From assembly GCF_006345805.1 (NCBI RefSeq), contig NC_043025.1, positions 5,456,001 to 5,520,000 on the forward strand: a stretch of DNA of 64,000 bases, in the 5' to 3' direction. This DNA comes from Octopus sinensis. Its lineage: Eukaryota. The position numbers were made by a program, and so were the translations under genes. This document shows positions 12,701 to 25,259 of this stretch, in pieces; the first letter of the stretch is position 1; each line of letters starts with the position of its first letter. A model generated the notes under the pieces. That model saw nothing but the letters and a program-made list of their open reading frames with translations, had not been told where the DNA came from and made no database searches.

Positions 12701-14148
12701 TAGCTTGCTTACCAACCACATGGTTCCGGGTTCAGTCCCACTGTGTGGCACCTTGGGCAACTGTCTTCTACTATAGCCTCAGGTCAACCGAAGCCTAGTG
12801 AGTGGATTGGTAGACAGAAACTGAAAGAAGCCCATCGTATATATGTATATATATGTATATAGACGCAGGAGTGGCTGTGTGGTAAGTAGCTTGCTTACCA
12901 ACCACATGGTTCCGGGTTCAGTCCCACTGTGTGGCACCTTGGGCAACTGTCTTCTACTATAGCCTCAGGTCAACCGAAGCCTAGTGAGTGGATTTGGTAG
13001 ACAGAAACTGAAAGAAGCCATCGTATATATGTATATATATATGTATATAGACGCAGGAGTAACTGTGTGGTAAGTAGTAGCTTGCTTACCAACCACATGG
13101 TTCCGGGTTCAGTCCCACTGTGTGGCACCTTGGGCAACTGTCTTCTACTATAGCCTCAGGTCAACCGAAGCCTAGTGAGTGGATTTGGTAGGCAGAAACT
13201 GAAAGAAGCCCATCGTATATATGTATATATAGTATATAGACGCAGGAGTGGCTGTGTGTGGTAAGTAGCTTGCTACCAACCACATGGTTCCGGGTTCAGT
13301 CCCACTGGTGGCACCTTGGGCAACTGTCTTCTACTATAGCCTCAGGTCAACCGAAGCCTAGTGAGTGGATTTGGTAGACAGAAACTGAAAGAAGCCCATC
13401 GTATATATGTATATATATGTATATAGACGCAGGAGTGGCTGTGTGGTAAGTAGCTTGCTACCAACCACATGGTTCCGGGTCAGTCCCACTGTGTGGCACC
13501 TTGGGCAACTGTCTTCTACTATAGCCTCAGGTCAACCGAAGCCTAGTGAGTGGATTTGGTAGACAGAAACTGAAAGAAGCCCATCGTATATATGTATATA
13601 TATATGTATATAGACGCAGGAGTAACTGTGTGGTAAGTAGCTTGCTTACCAACCACATGGTTCCGGGTTCAGTCCCACTGTGTGGCACCTTGGGCAACTG
13701 TCTTCTACTATAGCCTCAGGTCAACCGAAGCCTAGTGAGTGGATTTGGTAGACAGAAACTGAAAGAAGCCCATCGTATATATGTATATATATGTATATAG
13801 ACGCAGGAGTGGCTGTGTGGTAAGTAGCTTGCTTACCAACCACATGGTTCCGGGTTCAGTCCCACTGTGTGGCACCTTGGGCAACTGTCTTCTACTATAG
13901 CCTCAGGTCAACCGAAGCCTAGTGAGTGGATTTGGTAGACAGAAACTGAAAGAAGCCCATCGTATATATGTATATATATGTATATAGACGCAGGAGTGGC
14001 TGTGTGGTAAGTAGCTTGTTTACCAACCTCATGGTTCCATGTTCAGTCCCACTGTGTGGCACCTTGGGCAAGTGTCTTCTACTATAGCCTCAGGTCGACC
14101 GAAGCCTAGTGAGTGGATTTGGTAGACGGAAACTGAAAGAAGCCTGTC
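9718..14148 (+). repeat. Tandem array of a ~187-bp family A SINE 5' half, about 24 copies
   Basis: Repeated gcaggagt(gg/aa)ctgtgtgg...gaagcccatcgtatatatg units, for example at 11923, 12110, 12296, 12487 and 12674. Confidence 0.95.
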
Positions 14149-14375
14149 ATCTATCTTTTATCTTATTACTTGTTTCAGTCAGTAGACTGTGGCCATGCTG
14201 GGGCACTGCCTTGAGTTTTTAGTTGAGTGAATCGACCTCAGTACTTCATATTTATATTTTAAGAAGTAGTACGAATTCTGTCAGTTTTTTTTTGCCAAAC
14301 TGCTAAGCTACAAACACACCGGTACAAGTTGTCAAACAGTGAGTAGTGAGGGGTGTATATACAGAAACAAAGGCG

Positions 14376-14407
<32 letters not shown>

Positions 14408-14871
14408 ATATTAGGCATATATATATAATAGGCAATAGCCTCAGCCTGATCAAAGCCTTGTGAATATCTTTTCGTGGGACCGGCGGGGTGGTGGTGAACC
14501 CCGGTGTACTCTTTCACCACAACTTTCTCTCACTCTTTCTTCCTACTTCTGCCACAAAGCAGAGGAACCATGGCGTTACCCACTATGGTGTGGTAAACTT
14601 TCAAACCCCAGTCTAGATTGCCAATCCTCTGTACCCCAGGATGATTCAGCTCTCCACCCATTAAAAGTCATCGTTTACGGAATGGGGATAACAACGTAGC
14701 TTTCGCACCCGTGCAACCGCCAGTCTATTGCGTGTGGTGGGTGGATCTTCAAGTTGCCACACGCACTCTTATTAGCTTAGAGTAGGCTCGAATTAGAGAT
14801 TATTCTTTGTGGCTAATGGTGTGAGTCCTGATTGGAAGAAGAAGACAGTAACACAGTCCATCACCTTTACA

Positions 14872-15246
14872 CTTTTACTTGTTTCAGTCATTTGACTGCG
14901 GCCATGCTAGAGCACCGCCTTTAATCGAGCAACTCGACCCCGGGACTTATTCTTTTGTAAGCCCAGTACTTATTCTATCAGTCTCTTTTGCCGAACTGCT
15001 AAGTGACGGGGACATAAACACACCAGCATTGGTTGTCAAGCAATGCTAGGGGGACAAACACAGACACACAAACACACACACACATATATATATACATATA
15101 TACGATGGGCTTCTTTCAGTTTCCGTCTGCCAAATCCACTCACAAGGCTTTGGTCGGCCCGAGGCTATAGTAGAAGACACTTCTACTATACTGAACCCGG
15201 AACCATGCGGTTGGTAGACAAGCTACTTACCACACAGCCACTCCTG
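14872..15246 (-). mobile_element. Family A SINE, antisense
   Basis: Reverse complement of the 684-1066 element, with an internal deletion near 15180. Confidence 0.85.
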
Positions 15247-15336
15247 TTTAGCTATTCTTAATTGTTTTTTTGTAAATATGTTTACAGTTTTTCATGCCTA
15301 GTCCAGAAAAATTATTGTTTTTCCTCTTTTTTGCAG

Positions 15337-15462
15337 TACTTTTCCATTGGTTGAGCGACTGCTTGTGAGCCATGCAGACATTCGACTTTTACAAGTAAGC
15401 TGGCACCCTGGCAGCTATTACGATGGACACGTGGTGTTTCTTGCTCTGGACAATATACTCAG
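15337..15462 (+). CDS. NUP88: NUP88 internal exon (126 nt, phase 2-2): (R)TFPLVERLLVSHADIRLLQVSWHPGSYYDGHVVFLALDNIL(R)
   Basis: ttttttgcag|T...CTCAG|gtaagc; resembles recalled NUP88 TTPVAERFF...[23 protein letters not shown]. Confidence 0.9.
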
Positions 15463-15685
15463 GTAAGCTATGGTGGGTGGTGACGGAGGCAGCAGTGCTG
15501 TCGTTTTCATCTCAAGGCCAATCTGAGCTCAGCAGACTTATAGCCAAAGACATTCCAGTTGGGACTGTCCTGATTTTTTTATTCACCATAACGGTTATAT
15601 ACAGAATTGGACTGCACATCCGGGGAGCTTAAAATAACAAAAGCAAATGACAAGACAAGAAAAAATAAAAATAATAATGAATTAT

Positions 15686-15880
15686 GGCGCAGGAGTGGCT
15701 GTGTGGTAAGTAGCTTGCTAACCAACCACATGGTTCCGGGTTCAGTCCCACTGCGTGGCATCTTGGGCAAGTGTCTTCTGCTATTGCCCGGGCCGACCAA
15801 TGCCTTGTGAGTGGATTTGGTAGACGGAAACTGAAAAGAAGCCCGTCGTATATATGTATATACATGTGTGTGTGTGTGTG
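15686..15880 (+). mobile_element. Family A SINE 5' half, sense
   Basis: ggcgcaggagtggctgtgtgg...gaagcccgtcgtata. Confidence 0.85.
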
Positions 15881-16089
15881 TAATATTTGGAGACAATTAC
15901 CAACATCTCGTGTGGTAGGCTTGATAATTGCTGAGAATCCTCTGCATGAAACCAGTGGTAGCCCTCCTAACCCACAAATAAAGAATATTTATCCACCAAT
16001 GCAATGTCGGGCACTCATTCTCACAGATTGTTATTGGCATGTATGTATATGTATATATTACCAGTAAAGTAGTAAGTTAGAAAATTTCT

Positions 16090-16421
16090 ATACTAACAAG
16101 TAATCACCTGTGCCGGTGACACATAAGAAAACACCATCCGAGCGTGGCCGTCTGCCAGCCTCGTCTGGCACCTGTGTCGGTGGCACATAAAAAACACCAT
16201 CCGAGCGCGGCCGTTCGCCAGCCTCGTCTGGTACCTGTGTCGGTGGCACATAAAATCACCCACTACACTCTCGGAGTGGTTGGCGTTAGGAAGGGCATCC
16301 AGCTGTAGAAACACTGCCAGATCTGACTGGCCTGGTGCAGCCTTCGGGCTTGCCAGACCCCAGTTGAACCGTCCAACCCATGCTAGCATGGAAAGCGGAC
16401 GTTAAACGATGATGATGATGA
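16090..16421 (+). mobile_element. RTE-type 3' UTR/tail, sense
   Basis: Ends catgctagcatggaaagcggacgttaaac(gat)n. Confidence 0.8.
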
Positions 16422-16845
16422 TTTCAACACAGCTGTTTCATAGGAACCAGCATTACTACTGTTTTTAGCCTCAGGAGGAGCCTCCTCTAGCTGGTTATCA
16501 ATGCAATCTGCACCTAATATATATTGCAAGCAGGGGAACGAACCCCTACCGTCTTCTAGCAGACAAAGGGACCACCAGGCTGTACGGGTTTTAACTTTTT
16601 ATGCTCATTTTCATGGTGGACACCCGTCCGCTAGAGATAGCCATAATCTGCTCCAGAGGTTTGGTTCCCAACTATACAGTTTCACATTTGGCAAGTATTT
16701 TCCGTGGAGGCACATGGCCTAGTGGTTAGGCTATAGTAGAAGACACTTCCCCAAGGTGCCATGCAGTGGGACTGAACCCAGAACCATGTGGTTGGTAAAC
16801 AAGCTACTTACCAGACAGCCACTCCTGCACCTATATATTTTGTGA

Positions 16846-17262
16846 AGACGGCGGTGAGCTGGCAGAAACGTTAGCACGTCGGGCGAAATGCGTAGCCGTA
16901 TTTCGTCTGCCGTTACGTTCTGAGTTCAAATTCTGCCGAGTTCTACTTTGCCTTTCATCCTTTCAGGGTCGATAAATAAAGTACCAGTTAAGCTCTGGGG
17001 TCGATGTAATCGACTTAATCCCTTTGTCTGTCTTGTTTGTCCCCTCTGTGTTTAGCCCCTTGTGGGCAATAAAGAAATAGGTATTTCGTCTGCCGTTACG
17101 TTCTGAGTTCAAATTCTGCCGAGTTCTACTTTGCCTTTCATCCTTTCAGGGTCGATAAATAAAGTACCAGTTAAGCTCTGGGGTCGATATAATCGACTTA
17201 ATCCCTTTGCCTGTCTTGTTTGTCCCCTCTATGTTTAGCCCCTTGTAGGCAGTAAAGAAATA
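16846..17262 (+). mobile_element. Family B SINE with 183-bp internal tandem duplication
   Basis: Head ggcggtgagctggcagaaacgttagc, B-box-like gagttcaaatt; body gtatttcgtc...aaagaaata at 16898 and 17081. Confidence 0.8.
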
Positions 17263-17334
17263 TATATTTTTTGTGAATCCTTTGCAGTGAATAAAGAAAA
17301 CAATTGCTATTATTATTATTATTTCTTTCCCCAG

Positions 17335-17589
17335 GATCTGTGACATAAATGAACCAGACAAGATATTCCAGGAGATCTCCCTCAGCTCCTCCAATGTGCC
17401 TCCATCTATGCATTATTCTCTCTACTCTGTTGCCATTGGTGACGCAGCGGTCAGTTTTAGCTTTGGTTCCGTAACCGAGCTGCCTTGTAAATCACGGACA
17501 GCCTCCAAGAAGACCCGATTAGTTTGGCCAATCTACATTCTCCGTGGAAGCGGAGACGTCCTGCTCCTCTACAGCGACATTACATCCAA
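17335..17589 (+). CDS. NUP88: NUP88 internal exon (255 nt, phase 2-2): (R)ICDINEPDKIFQEISLSSSNVPPSMHYSLYSVAIGDAAVSFSFGSVTELPCKSRTASKKTRLVWPIYILRGSGDVLLLYSDITS(K)
   Basis: ttccccag|G...TCCAA|gtaggt; motifs GDAAVSFSFG and WPIYILRGSGD correspond to recalled NUP88 GETAVAFDFG and YPLYILYENGE. Confidence 0.9.
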
Positions 17590-17639
17590 GTAGGTGTACC
17601 ATCTCTTTTGATTTTCTTTTCGGGGGCGGTTTGGGGATG

Positions 17640-17890
17640 TAATCATGCATTATCTCATAGCTTTGAGATTTCAATGATGTGATTGCTTATTTTTAGAATG
17701 ACATTGTGGGGTAGGTGTGAGAGGCTGGATCTGGCCTTGTTTTGAATTAATCATGCATTATCTCATAGCTTTGAGGTTTCAATGATGTGATTGCTTATTT
17801 TTAGAATGACATTGAGGGGTAGGTGTGAGAGGCTGGATCTGGCCTTGTTTTGAATTAATCATGCATTTTGTTATAGCTTTGAGGTTTCAA
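17640..17890. repeat. 108-bp tandem repeat, about 2.4 copies, from a dispersed element
   Basis: taatcatgcatt at 17640, 17748 and 17856; related sequence resumes at about 18305 after a SINE and occurs inverted near 3955. Confidence 0.8.
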
Positions 17891-17902
17891 CGATATACTC
17901 TC

Positions 17903-18300
17903 TTTACTCTCTTTTACTTGTTTCAGTCATTTGACTGCAGCCATGCTGGAGCACCGCCTTTAGTCGAGAAAATCGACCCCGGGACTTATTCTTTGTAAGC
18001 CAAGTACTTATTCTATCGGTCTCTTTTGCCGAACCGCTAAGTGACGGGGACGTAAACACACCAGCATCGGTTATCAAGGAAAGCTTGGGGGGACAAACAC
18101 AGACACACAAACATATACACACACATACATATATATATATATACATATATACGACAGGCTTCTTTCAGTTTCCGTCAACCAAATTCACTCACAAGGCTTT
18201 GGTCGGCCTGAGGCTATAGTAGAAGACACTTGCCCAAGATGCCACACAGTGGGACTGAACCCGGAACCATGTGGTTGGTAAGCAAGCTACTTACCACACA
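17903..18300 (-). mobile_element. Family A SINE, antisense
   Basis: Reverse complement of the family A consensus. Confidence 0.85.
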
Positions 18301-18416
18301 GAATGTCACTGTAGGTTTGGTGTGAGAGGCTAGATATGGCCAGTTTGAATATAAAACATGTAGAATATTTGGACCGGATATGGCCGGTTTAAACACTTAA
18401 GCGTAAAAGTAGTTAT

Positions 18417-18575
18417 CTACTTAATGGTTCCCATGAAATTTCTTCCAACCAGAGTGAACGAAGACCATGCATCTACTTCAACATTCTTCATTGAATCTTG
18501 GAAATTTGGGTCTTCCGTGTGTCCCCTAATTTTTGGCCCATCGAAAATACCTGCCTCCAGCTTCTCCATGCTTTG
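18417..18575 (-). mobile_element. DNA-transposase fragment, probably Chapaev3 (CMC) type
   Basis: MEKLEAGIFDGPKIRGHTEDPNFQDSMKNVEVDAWSSFTLVGRNFMG resembles the recalled KxxxGIFxGPQIR...AWxSF..VxxNFLG motif; family name not verified. Confidence 0.5.
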
Positions 18576-18859
18576 GAAATTTAAAGTGGTTGCCATTAGG
18601 AAAGGTATCCAGCCGTAGAAACCATGCCACAACAGGCAATTGGAGTTGAGACATCTCCCCCAGCTGACCAGTTCTATGTCAAACCATCCAACCCATGCCG
18701 GCATGGAAGGCAGATGTTAAACGATTTAAATGATGGTGATGATAAGCAGTGACATGTTAAAAAAAACTATTTGTTGTCTCTTTAGTATTGTGTATCTTTT
18801 AGGCTCTATGTAAATTTATTTGTCTATATATATATATAGAAGGACTTGTCCCAAACTTT

Positions 18860-19125
18860 GGCATCGTGAGTTACACAAATACTAGAACTGGGCACCACTG
18901 CGTGGTGCCAAGGACTCCAAATTTGCCATCAAGAGGTAGGACAAGATACTGTGATAGCCTGGGCTTCAGAACCCCACAGCTCTTCAATATCCTCCCGAAG
19001 AACCTGAGAGACCTGCATGGGGTGGATGCAGATGTCTTTAAAATAAAACTGGATCTCTTCCTGTCAGGTGTCCCAGATGAACCAACTTCACGGCAGGAGG
19101 TGCAGATGAGGGCAGCTGCAACACC
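18860..19125 (+). mobile_element. CR1/Jockey-group LINE ORF2 C-terminal fragment
   Basis: ...DSLGFRTPQLFNILPKNLRDLHGVDADVFKIKLDLFLSGVPDEP, a typical LFNxLP...FKxxLDxFL..VPDEP end. Confidence 0.65.
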
Positions 19126-20411
19126 AAATGGCAGTGCCCCAGCATAGCCACAGCTCGTGAGCTGAAACTAGATAAAATATAATTTTTAAAAAATATATAT
19201 ATAGGCGCAGGAGTGGCTGTGTGGTAAGTAGCTTGCTAACCAACCACATGGTCCCGGGTTCAGTCCCACTGCGTGGCATCTTAGGCATGTGTCTTCTGCT
19301 ATAGCCCCGGGCCGACCAATGCCTTGTGAGTGGACTTGGTACACAGAAACTAAAAGAAGCCTGTCGTATATATGTGTATATATATATATATATATATCTA
19401 TGTGTTTGTGTGTCTGTGTTTGTCTCCCTAGCATTGCTTGACAACCGATGCTGGTGTGTTTACGTCCCCGTCACTTAGCGGTTCGGCAAAAAGAGATCGA
19501 TAGAATAAGTACTGGGCTTACAAAGAATAAGTCCCGGGGTCGATTTGCTCGACTAAAGGCGGTGCTCCAGCATGGCCACAGTCAAAATGACTGAAACAAG
19601 TAAAAGAGTAAAGAGTATAGAAATATCTATCTGATTGTACATATGAATTTATCTTCTGAATATATTTAGCTGCGGTCATGTGTGTTTGTGTGTGTGCATC
19701 TACATGTATACATGTATATCTATATCAAGCCTGGTTGTGTTTATCTACATCGCTATCTCCATATCAGCTTAACCTGGATTTCTCTGATAGCCAGTCTTTA
19801 CCCAGTGGACTTGTCCTCAAAGATTCCAGAGCTGAAGCCCAAATCATTTGAGCACTTCTACATGGTTTCTATACTGAGCATTTCTTGCTCTTACCATTTG
19901 ACTACATATATACTCTTTTACTTGTTTCAGTCATTTGACTGCAGCCATGCTGGAGCACCGCCTTTAATCGAGCAACTCGACCCAGGACTTATTCTTTGTA
20001 AGCCCAGTACTTATTCTATCGGTCTCTTTTTGCCGAACCGCTAAGTAATGGGGACGTAAACACACCAGCATCGGTTGTCAAGCAATGCTAGGGGGACAAA
20101 CACAGACACACAAACACACACACGCATATATATATATATACGACGGGCTTCTTTCAGTTTCTGTCTACCAAATCCACTCACAAAGCATTGGTCAGCCCGG
20201 GGCTATAGCAGAAGACACTTGCCCAAGGTGCCACGCAGTGGGACTGAACCCGGAACCATGTGGTTGGTAAACAAGCTACTTACCACACAGCCACTCCTGC
20301 GCCTGATGAAATTTATATATATATGTATATATATAATAATAATATTAGGGAGTATATCCAAACTTACAGGGAAAACTTAGATTTAGGATTAAATCAAATT
20401 TCACAGTATAA

Positions 20412-20793
20412 ATATAAATTAAATTAGAGATAAAACCACTATTATGCAATTCAAACAGTGATAGACATAAACCAAAGCATAAAAAACAAAAAAATAAATA
20501 TAATTAATATAATATACAAAATATATATAAAATTTAAATTATTGAAATTTTAAATTTTAAAATTTATATTTATAAATTTTTGTATTTGAAATTTTAAATT
20601 TATGAATTTTTAAACTTTTAAACTTTTTTTTAATTTATTTTATTTTTATTTTTTAAACTAACCAAAAAGTATTAAAAAGTTTAATATAAGTAAAATATAA
20701 AAATTAATTATATTTATTTTTCGTTTTTTGATGTTTTGGTTTCCCACTGTTTGAATTGCCTAATAGTGATTTTATCTCTAATTTAATTTATAT
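20412..20793. repeat. Very AT-rich foldback element (~380 bp)
   Basis: aaattaaattagagataaaaccactattatgcaattcaaacagtg pairs with cactgtttgaattgcctaatagtgattttatctctaatttaattt (2 mismatches); imperfect pairing continues inward; terminal motif recurs at about 22378. Confidence 0.75.
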
Positions 20794-20964
20794 ATATATA
20801 TAGCAGGAGCGGCTGTGTGGCAAGTATCTTGTTTACCAACCACATGGTTCTGGGTTCAGTCCCATTGCGTGGCACCTTGGGCGAGTGTCTTCTACTATAG
20901 CCTCGGGCCGACCAGGGCCTTGTGAGGGGATTTGGTAGACAGAAACTGAAAGAAGCCCGTCATA

Positions 20965-20995
<31 letters not shown>

Positions 20996-21276
20996 GCGTT
21001 TGTGTGTCTGTGTTTGTCCCCCTAGCATTGCTTGACAACCGATGCTGGTGTGTTTGTCCCCGTCACTTAGCGGTTCGGCAAAAGAGACCGATAGAATAAG
21101 TACTGGGCTTACAAAAGAATAAGTCCTGGGGTCGAGTTGCTCGATTAAAGGCGGTGCTCCAGCATGGCCGCAGTCAAATGACTGAAACAATTAAAAGAGC
21201 ATATATACCAAATGTTTTATGAGTTTAAGCGTAAATTCAATGTGTTATATATGCAGCATTGATTCTTATATATTTA

Positions 21277-21775
21277 CTAGCAGTATCGCCCGGCGTTGCT
21301 CGGGTTTGTAAGGGAAATAACTATATAAGCATTTTTAGAGAGTTACTTCCCTTATAAATTCGGGCTTTCTTAGCCATTTTTGTTTTGGTGTCTTCAAGCC
21401 ATGAAGTCGTTCTAAAAGAACGCTGGTCTCCTTGACAACGCTTTACGACATTGATTTCTTTACACTCCCTTCCCCACAGCTTCACGAGGGAGGGAAGGGG
21501 GAGAAGCAAACAGGTGCAGCTGTGAGCATGGACGCCAACTCCGCCGCCATCGACACACGATGCATTTTATGCATTAAAATGGAATAAAAAATTATGTTAA
21601 ATTATTTTTAAAATCGTAGACTCATCGTTGACGCGCGCTAATAGTCAGACGGGCTCGATATGAATCACGACTATAAGATACCCGAATTTGGTTAAACTGC
21701 ACCGCAAAATGTGGGAGGAGTTAGGAATCTAAATCGAAGGGGACAGACACTCACACAACTAGAGTTTTATATATA
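21277..21775 (-). mobile_element. Non-autonomous Helitron
   Basis: Minus-strand 3' end is a cccgagcaacgccggg hairpin followed by CTAG; same family at 48100 and 62035/62749. Confidence 0.7.
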
Positions 21776-23374
21776 TTTATATATTTTTATATGATGTTTT
21801 ATATACTATATTTTTAAACATTGGACTTTATATCTATTCTGTAGATATAAATGAATATATGTATGTGTTTGATCTCTCTGTGGATTTTGTAATGTTCCTT
21901 TAGTTGCTGCTCACATTGCCTTCCCTCGGATTAGTAAGTGTATACATACATATATGAATATTTATATATATATATATGCAGGAGTGGCTGTGTGGTAAGT
22001 AGCTTGCTAACGAACCACATGGTTCCGGGTTCAGTCCCACTGCGTGGCATCTTGGGCAAGTGTCTTCTGCTATAGCCCCGGGCCGACCAATGCCTTGTGA
22101 GTGGATTTGGTAGACGGAAACTGAAAGAAGCCTGTCGTATATATGTATATATATGCGTGTGTGTGTCTGTCCCCCTAGCATTGCTTGACAACCGATGCTG
22201 GTGTGTTTGCGTCCCCGTCACTTAGCAGTTCGGCAAAAGAGACCAATAGAATAAGTACTGGGCTTACAAAGAATAAGTCCTTGGGTCGATTTGCTCGACT
22301 GAAGGCGGTGCTCCAGCATGGCCACAGTCAAATGACTGAATCAAGTAAAAGAGTACATATATGAATATATATTTATTAATTAAGTTAGAGATAAAACCAC
22401 TATTAGGCAATGCAATTGAGTGTTATATATTGCCAGGGGTAAAAAGTGGTTTACCCTTAATTTATACAGCAAATAAGAAAAGGGAGAAGATTCAAAAGTG
22501 GCGACAAGCATTAGAATGTCTTTTGCAAAAAAGTGGGGTGACCCTTCAGTTTTATCAATTTTTCTCAAAGAAGTGGGTACCTCTAGGCATCGGTAACGTG
22601 GTAGTGACCTGTCTGGGGAAATTTGCCATTTAATAAAAAAAATTTCATCAGAATTGGATGAAAAATGTGGAAATACATAAAAAACATTCACATACACACA
22701 CACAGACATTTTGAGTTTTATTGATATATAAGGAGATTCAGACAGGTGTGTGGGTTTTATGTGTGTATGTGTGTCAACAACATGACTGTAAATGTTAGAT
22801 CATGCTTTGTGTTACAATTTTAATAATATTATAATAATACGAATATAGATTTTGGATAAATATCTGTAACTCTATAGATTCATGAATAAACAGACAGATA
22901 ATTGAGATGTACATGTGTGTGTGTGCACGCGTGTGGGTGTGCACGTGTGTGTGTGTGTGTGTGTGGAAGAAACTTTTTTGTAGTTTCTGGAAACAATAAT
23001 CTGTCTGTTCTAAATAACCAGCCAATCTGATCGGAAAAATTTCAAACCTGAGCAGGTGTGTCTAACGTGTGGGTGTGTGTGTGTGTGTGTATTTCTATAT
23101 ACATGAAAGTGTGTGCGTCTGTATCTGTGTGCATGTGTGTAGTGTATACATATATGTATTACTCTTTACTCTTTTACTTGTTTCAGTCATTTGACTGCGG
23201 CCATGCTGGAGCACCGCCTTTAGTCTAGCAAATCGACCCTGGGACTTATTCTTTTGTAAGCCCAGTACTTATTCTATCGGTCTCTTTTGCCGAACCGCTA
23301 AGTGACGGGGACGTAAACACACCACCATCGGTTGTCAAGCAATGCTAGGGAGACAAACACACACACACACACAA

Positions 23375-23439
<65 letters not shown>

Positions 23440-25259
23440 TATGACGGGCTTCTTTCAGTTTCCGTCTACCAAATCCACTCACAAGGCATTGGTCGGCCCA
23501 GGGCTATACTAGAAGACACTTGCCCAAGATGCCACGCAGTGGGACTGAACCCGGAACCATGTGGTTGGTTAGCAAGCTACTTACCACACAGCCACTCCTG
23601 CACCTATGTATCATCATTATCGTCGTTTAACATCCGCTTTTCATGCTGGCATGGGTTTGACGGTTTGACTGAGGGCTGCCAAGCCAGAAGGCTGCAACAG
23701 GCTCCAATCTTGATCTGGCAATGTTTCTACAGCTGGATGCCCTTCCTAACACCAACCACTCCAAGAGTGTATGTAGTAGGTGCTTTTTACATGCCACCGG
23801 CACGAGGGCCAGTCAGGTGGTACTGGCATCGACCAGGCTTGAATGGTGCTTTTCACATGCCACCGGCACAGGACCAGTCAGCCGGCACTGGCATTGACCA
23901 CACTCGCATGGTGCTTTTTATGTGCCACTGGCACAGGAACCAGTCAGGCGGCACTGACAACAATCACACTCGAATGGTGCTTTTTACATGCCACCAGCAT
24001 GGGACTGGTCAGGCAGCACTGGCATTGACCAATCTCGAATGCCCTTGCATTGATCCAAATGCAAGAATATGTGTGTCTCCTTGTCTGTGTGTCTGTCAAA
24101 ATCTCCCATTAGAGCATATATATATATTATATATATATATATATATGCAGCAGTGGCTGTGTGGTAAGTAGCTTGCTAACCAACCACATGGTTCCTGGTT
24201 CAGTCCCACTGCGTGGCATCTTGGACAAGTGTCTTCTGCTATAGCCCCGGGCCGACCAATGCCTTGTGAGTGGATTTGGTAAACGGCAACAGAAAGAAGC
24301 CTGTCGTATATATGTATATATATGCGTGTGTTTGTGTGTCTGTGTCTGTCCCCTTAGCATTGCTTAACAACCGATGCTGGTGTGTTTGCGTCCCCGTCAC
24401 TTAGCGGTTCGGCAAAAGAGACCGATGGAATAAGTACTGGGCTTACAAAGAATAAGTCCTTGGGTCGATTTGCTCGAAAGTCACCTCCCCACCCCCAGGC
24501 TCATCAGTGCACATTTTTGTTTCATGTTCATTTTCCACTTATTAACCCACCCACCCACCCCGGCTGGTTAATTTCGTTTTTTGTTCCCGGGTGAGGATCT
24601 TTATGTTGACCCAAAATTCCTGGTCTTGCAAATCACTTGGTGACCCTCCCCAGTGCTAGTCCCATGTAAAAAGCATCCAAAAGTGACCTCGCCTGTGCTG
24701 GTGCCACATAAAGACCACTTAGTTCACTCTGTGGGGTGGTTGGTATTTGGAAGGGCATCCAGCTGTAAAACCATGCCAAAACAGACATAGAAGTCTGGTG
24801 TAGTCTTCTGTCTGGCCACCTCTTGTCAAACCATCCAACCCATGCCAGCATGGAAGGCGGACGGTAAACAGCAAAGATGATGATATATGCATATATATCT
24901 TTTATCTTTTAATTATTTCTGTCATTAGACTGTGGCTATGCTGGGGCATGACTTTGAATTTTTAGTCAAATGAATTGCCCCCTAGTGCTTACTTGTTAAA
25001 CCTGCTGGTTCTGATTCTGTCGGTCTCTTTTGTGGGGATGTAAACACACCAACACCGATTGTCACCCAGTGGTGGTGGGGACAAATAGACAAAAAGACAC
25101 ACATATATACATACATATATATATAATATACCTGTAAAACTAATATGTGACAATTATTCGGTAGCACATATTACCTTTACAGATAAATTCCTCTAATTAC
25201 ATAATATCGAGGTCTCTTTCATTCTTTTGTTGTCTTACCATTTTTTATCAATATATATA

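Larger units (their letters stand above)
19204..24477. mobile_element. Cluster of family A SINEs in alternating orientation (+19204-19613, -19911-20302, +20802-21199, +21977-22353, -23161-23606, +24147-24477)
   Basis: Each matches the family A consensus; an RTE 3' UTR fragment lies at about 23608-24050. Confidence 0.8.
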
